Assembly: GCA_963798465.1 (NCBI GenBank)
Contig: CAWCTC010000001.1
Location: 592,465-656,464, forward strand
DNA: 64,000 nucleotides
Source: an uncultured bacterium
GTDB lineage: Bacteria; Patescibacteriota; Minisyncoccia; Phycocordibacterales; GWA1-40-21
Reading direction: 5' to 3'
Below are positions 61,576 to 64,000 of the stretch, in pieces. Position 1 is the first letter of the stretch, and each line of letters opens with the position of its first letter. A program made the translations under genes and the position numbers. The notes under the pieces are model-generated. The model was not told the DNA's origin, did no database searches, and worked only from the letters and a program-made list of their open reading frames with translations.

Positions 61576-61992
61576 TTATGCCTGAACTTGTGGAGCTTCT
61601 GCGGGTGCTGGTGTTTCTGCAACTGGTGTTGGTGCCGCTTCTGGAGCTGGCTTTGGCTCTTTAGCTTTTGCTTCCGCTTTCTCTGCTTCTTCCTTTGCTT
61701 TCTTTGCGTTTATAATTTTATTTTTTGGAAGCACATTTATTTTCTTTCCTGTGAGAATCTTTTGATCTACAAGAAAATTATGGACTGTATCTGAAACTTG
61801 AGCGCCTTTTGAAATCCAATATTTAACTTTCTCTCCATCAACATGATTTGTGCCCTTTCCTTTTCTTGCATCATAAGAACCCAATACTTCAACGGCTTTT
61901 CCGCTTTTTGGTCCAAATTTTGAATCTGTCAGCACGATGCGAAATGACGGTTCGTGCGTTCTTCCTACTCTTTGTAATCTAATTATTAACAT
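61576..61992 (-). CDS. rpsP: 30S ribosomal protein S16 with Ala/Pro/Glu/Lys-rich C-terminal tail
   Basis: MLIIRLQRVGRTHEPSFRIV from ATG 61992; the track start at 62019 is upstream. Confidence 0.9.
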   Translation of the reverse strand: MLIIRLQRVGRTHEPSFRIVLTDSKFGPKSGKAVEVLGSYDARKGKGTNHVDGEKVKYWISKGAQVSDTVHNFLVDQKILTGKKINVLPKNKIINAKKAKEEAEKAEAKAKEPKPAPEAAPTPVAETPAPAEAPQVQA

Positions 61993-62054
61993 AGACGATA
62001 TACTAACAAAATACGACATAAAGTCAACTGATTTTTAAAAGCAATTTATCTTTA

Positions 62055-62127
62055 TGTCATTCCCGCGAAGGCGGGAATCCAGGTTGAATTGAATTAATTC
62101 TGGATTCCCGCCTTCGCGGGAATGACA
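62055..62127. mobile_element. MITE-like palindromic element (GTCATTCCCGCGAAGGCGGGAATCCAG family)
   Basis: TGTCATTCCCGCGAAGGCGGGAATCCAGG ... CTGGATTCCCGCCTTCGCGGGAATGACA, 73 bp. Confidence 0.75.
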
Positions 62128-62174
62128 TACAAAAATATACAAATCAAGGTTTTTTTGCTATGCTTATTTCATAA

Positions 62175-64000
62175 ATGAAAAAAGATAAACAATTCTGGAG
62201 GAAGGACAGTAATGACAGCAGGAAAACTGAACATCAGGGAAAACTGAAGACTCTGACAGGAAAAATCAAAGCAATTCGCGGCCACACCGCCTATTTTATA
62301 GCCGACACAAACAATCTTGAAGTTGAAATCCCGACAAGACAGATAAACACTGCAATGTCCGGCGACAAGGTTGAAATAAAACTATTCAAGAAAAATAAAA
62401 CCGGAGTTCATGAAGGCGAAGTAATAAAAGTCATAAGTCGTGCAAAAAATTATTTTGTCGGCGTGATTGAAATTTCCGAAAAAGGAATTCTCGTCGTGCC
62501 CGATGATAGAAGAGTAAAAATTTCCGTAAAAATCGCAAAAGAAAAAGCCGGCACGCTGAAAAATGACGACAAAGTCAGAGTTAAAATTACAAAATGGGTT
62601 CAAACACCTGGTTTTTCTGAAGGAGAAATTGTAAATATTCTTGGAAAAAAAGGCGACAATTCTACAGAAATGAATTCCATCGCGGTAGATAAAGGTTTCG
62701 ACATGGATTTTTCGGAAAGAGTTTTAAATGAATCGCACAATATTTTCGAGCATAACAAAACAATTTCGCCCGAGGAAATTTCAAAAAGAAAAGATTTGAG
62801 AAATACTTTCACTTGCACGATTGATCCAAAAACCGCAAAAGATTTTGACGATGCCATTTCATTCAAGAAACTTCCAAATGGAAATCTTGAAATCGGTATT
62901 CATATCGCCGACGTTTCTTATTATGTCACTGAAAAAAGTGAGCTCGACAAAGAAGCTTACGAACGCGGTTGTTCGGTTTATTTGCCCGATAGAACGATTC
63001 CAATGCTTCCCTTTGAGCTTTCGGACAATCTTTGCTCTTTGAGTGAAGGCGACGAAAAACTTGCCTTTTCTGCAATTTTTGAAATCACCCCCCATGCAAA
63101 AGTCCATACAAGATGGTTTGGGAAATCCGTCATCAAATCCGCAAAAAGATTCACTTATGAAAGCGCGCAGGAAATATTAGATAGTGGCAACTCCTCTTTG
63201 TCATTGCAAGTGGAACGAAGTAATCCAGAAAAATTAGAAATAGATTCCCGTCTTCACGGGAATGACAACATGAAATATTTTGAAGCACTTGATACTTTGA
63301 ACAAGATTTCCAAAATATTCAGAAAGGAAAAAACGCAGAAAGGCGCGATAGATTTTGAATCAGGAAGAAATCGCTTTTGAGCTCGACACGGAAGGCAGAC
63401 CAATCAGGATTTACAAAAAACAAAGACTCGACACGCACAAGCTCGTCGAGGAATTCATGCTTCTCGCAAATAAAGAAGTCGCGGAGTTCGTTTATAAATA
63501 TGAAAAAAATTCCGGAAAACTTTTTCCTCTGCCATATCGTATTCACGATTTGCCAGACAAAGAAAGAATCGCTGAGCTTGCAGTTTTCGTAAAAGCTTTA
63601 GGCCATGAGCTTTTCATCGGACCAATCTGGAAATGTCACCGGCAAGGATATGCAGGCGCTTTTTGAGCAGATTGAAGGCAAGGCTGAGGAAGCACTGGTA
63701 AAAACCGCAGCGATCCGCTCGATGTCAAAAGCTATTTATTCAACAAAAAATATCGGTCACTTCGGACTTGGCTTTTGAATATTACGCGCACTTCACCTCG
63801 CCTATCCGAAGATATCCGGATCTTTTAGTCCACAGAATTTTAAATAAAATTTTAACAAAAGAGAGCATCGCCCACGAAAAGTCTGCTGACCTCGTGGCAA
63901 GAGAAAAAAATCTCGCATTTTATGAAAAAGCTTGTCTTCACTCGACCGACCAAGAAATAAAAGCTTCAGAAGCTGAGCGCGATGGCAGAAAATACAAACA
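62175..64000 (+). pseudogene. rnr: Ribonuclease R, at least 3 frameshifts and an in-frame MITE insertion; runs off the window end
   Basis: N-terminal OB/CSD region. RNB motifs CTIDPKTAKDFDDAIS, IGIHIADVSYYV and [23 protein letters not shown] occur in different frames. Breaks are near 63365, 63610 and 63775. Confidence 0.8.
63199..63267 (+). mobile_element. 69-bp MITE inserted in frame in the RNase R coding sequence
   Basis: TGTCATTGCAAGTGGAACGAAGTAATCCAG ... AGATTCCCGTCTTCACGGGAATGACA. 69 nt is 23 codons, read through as SLQVERSNPEKLEIDSRLHGNDN without a stop. Confidence 0.7.

Overview
AT-rich (about one-third GC by eye), gene-dense bacterial window. The gene content looks like a small-genome Patescibacteria/CPR (Parcubacteria-like) organism; that placement is inference. 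No rRNA, tRNA, CRISPR array, integrase or transposase was recognised. Recognisable genes: uvrA (5' end), a soluble two-component pair, patatin, FKBP, LOG, DedA, RsuA, membrane-anchored Clp-type ATPase, AlkD-like, P-type ATPase, DEAD-box helicase, ABC-F, ExoX-like exonuclease, TspO, MFS, DpnI-like endonuclease, ECF sigma plus anti-sigma, hemerythrin, aminotransferase, YvcK, ppdK, two double-domain GH130 proteins, PMM, PMI, ackA, xfp, trmD, KH protein and rpsP. Five genes are broken by frameshifts only: uvrB, tgt, a lipase-like surface protein, a Pif1/RecD-like helicase and RNase R. Main hunt result: a recurrent family of conserved inverted-arm elements with variable interiors sits in front of many genes. 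H1 has 5 copies, H2 has 6 and H3 has 2. The arm pairs show compensatory changes between copies. In four genes the H2 3' arm is translated as a shared N-terminal extension (SENSHG-type). Other observations: (a) two identical ECF-type promoters, one before the sigma gene and one before an 18-aa micro-ORF; (b) two initiation styles, leaderless-looking TGnTATAAT promoters on core genes versus strong-SD small-ORF cassettes; (c) an orphan DpnI-like enzyme; (d) HEPN/AbiU2-like genes around the decayed uvrB; (e) a 22-unit heptad-repeat protein; (f) an in-frame MITE inside RNase R; (g) a contiguous mannoside-to-acetate/ATP gene block. All functions are inferred from motifs read by eye; no database search was run.
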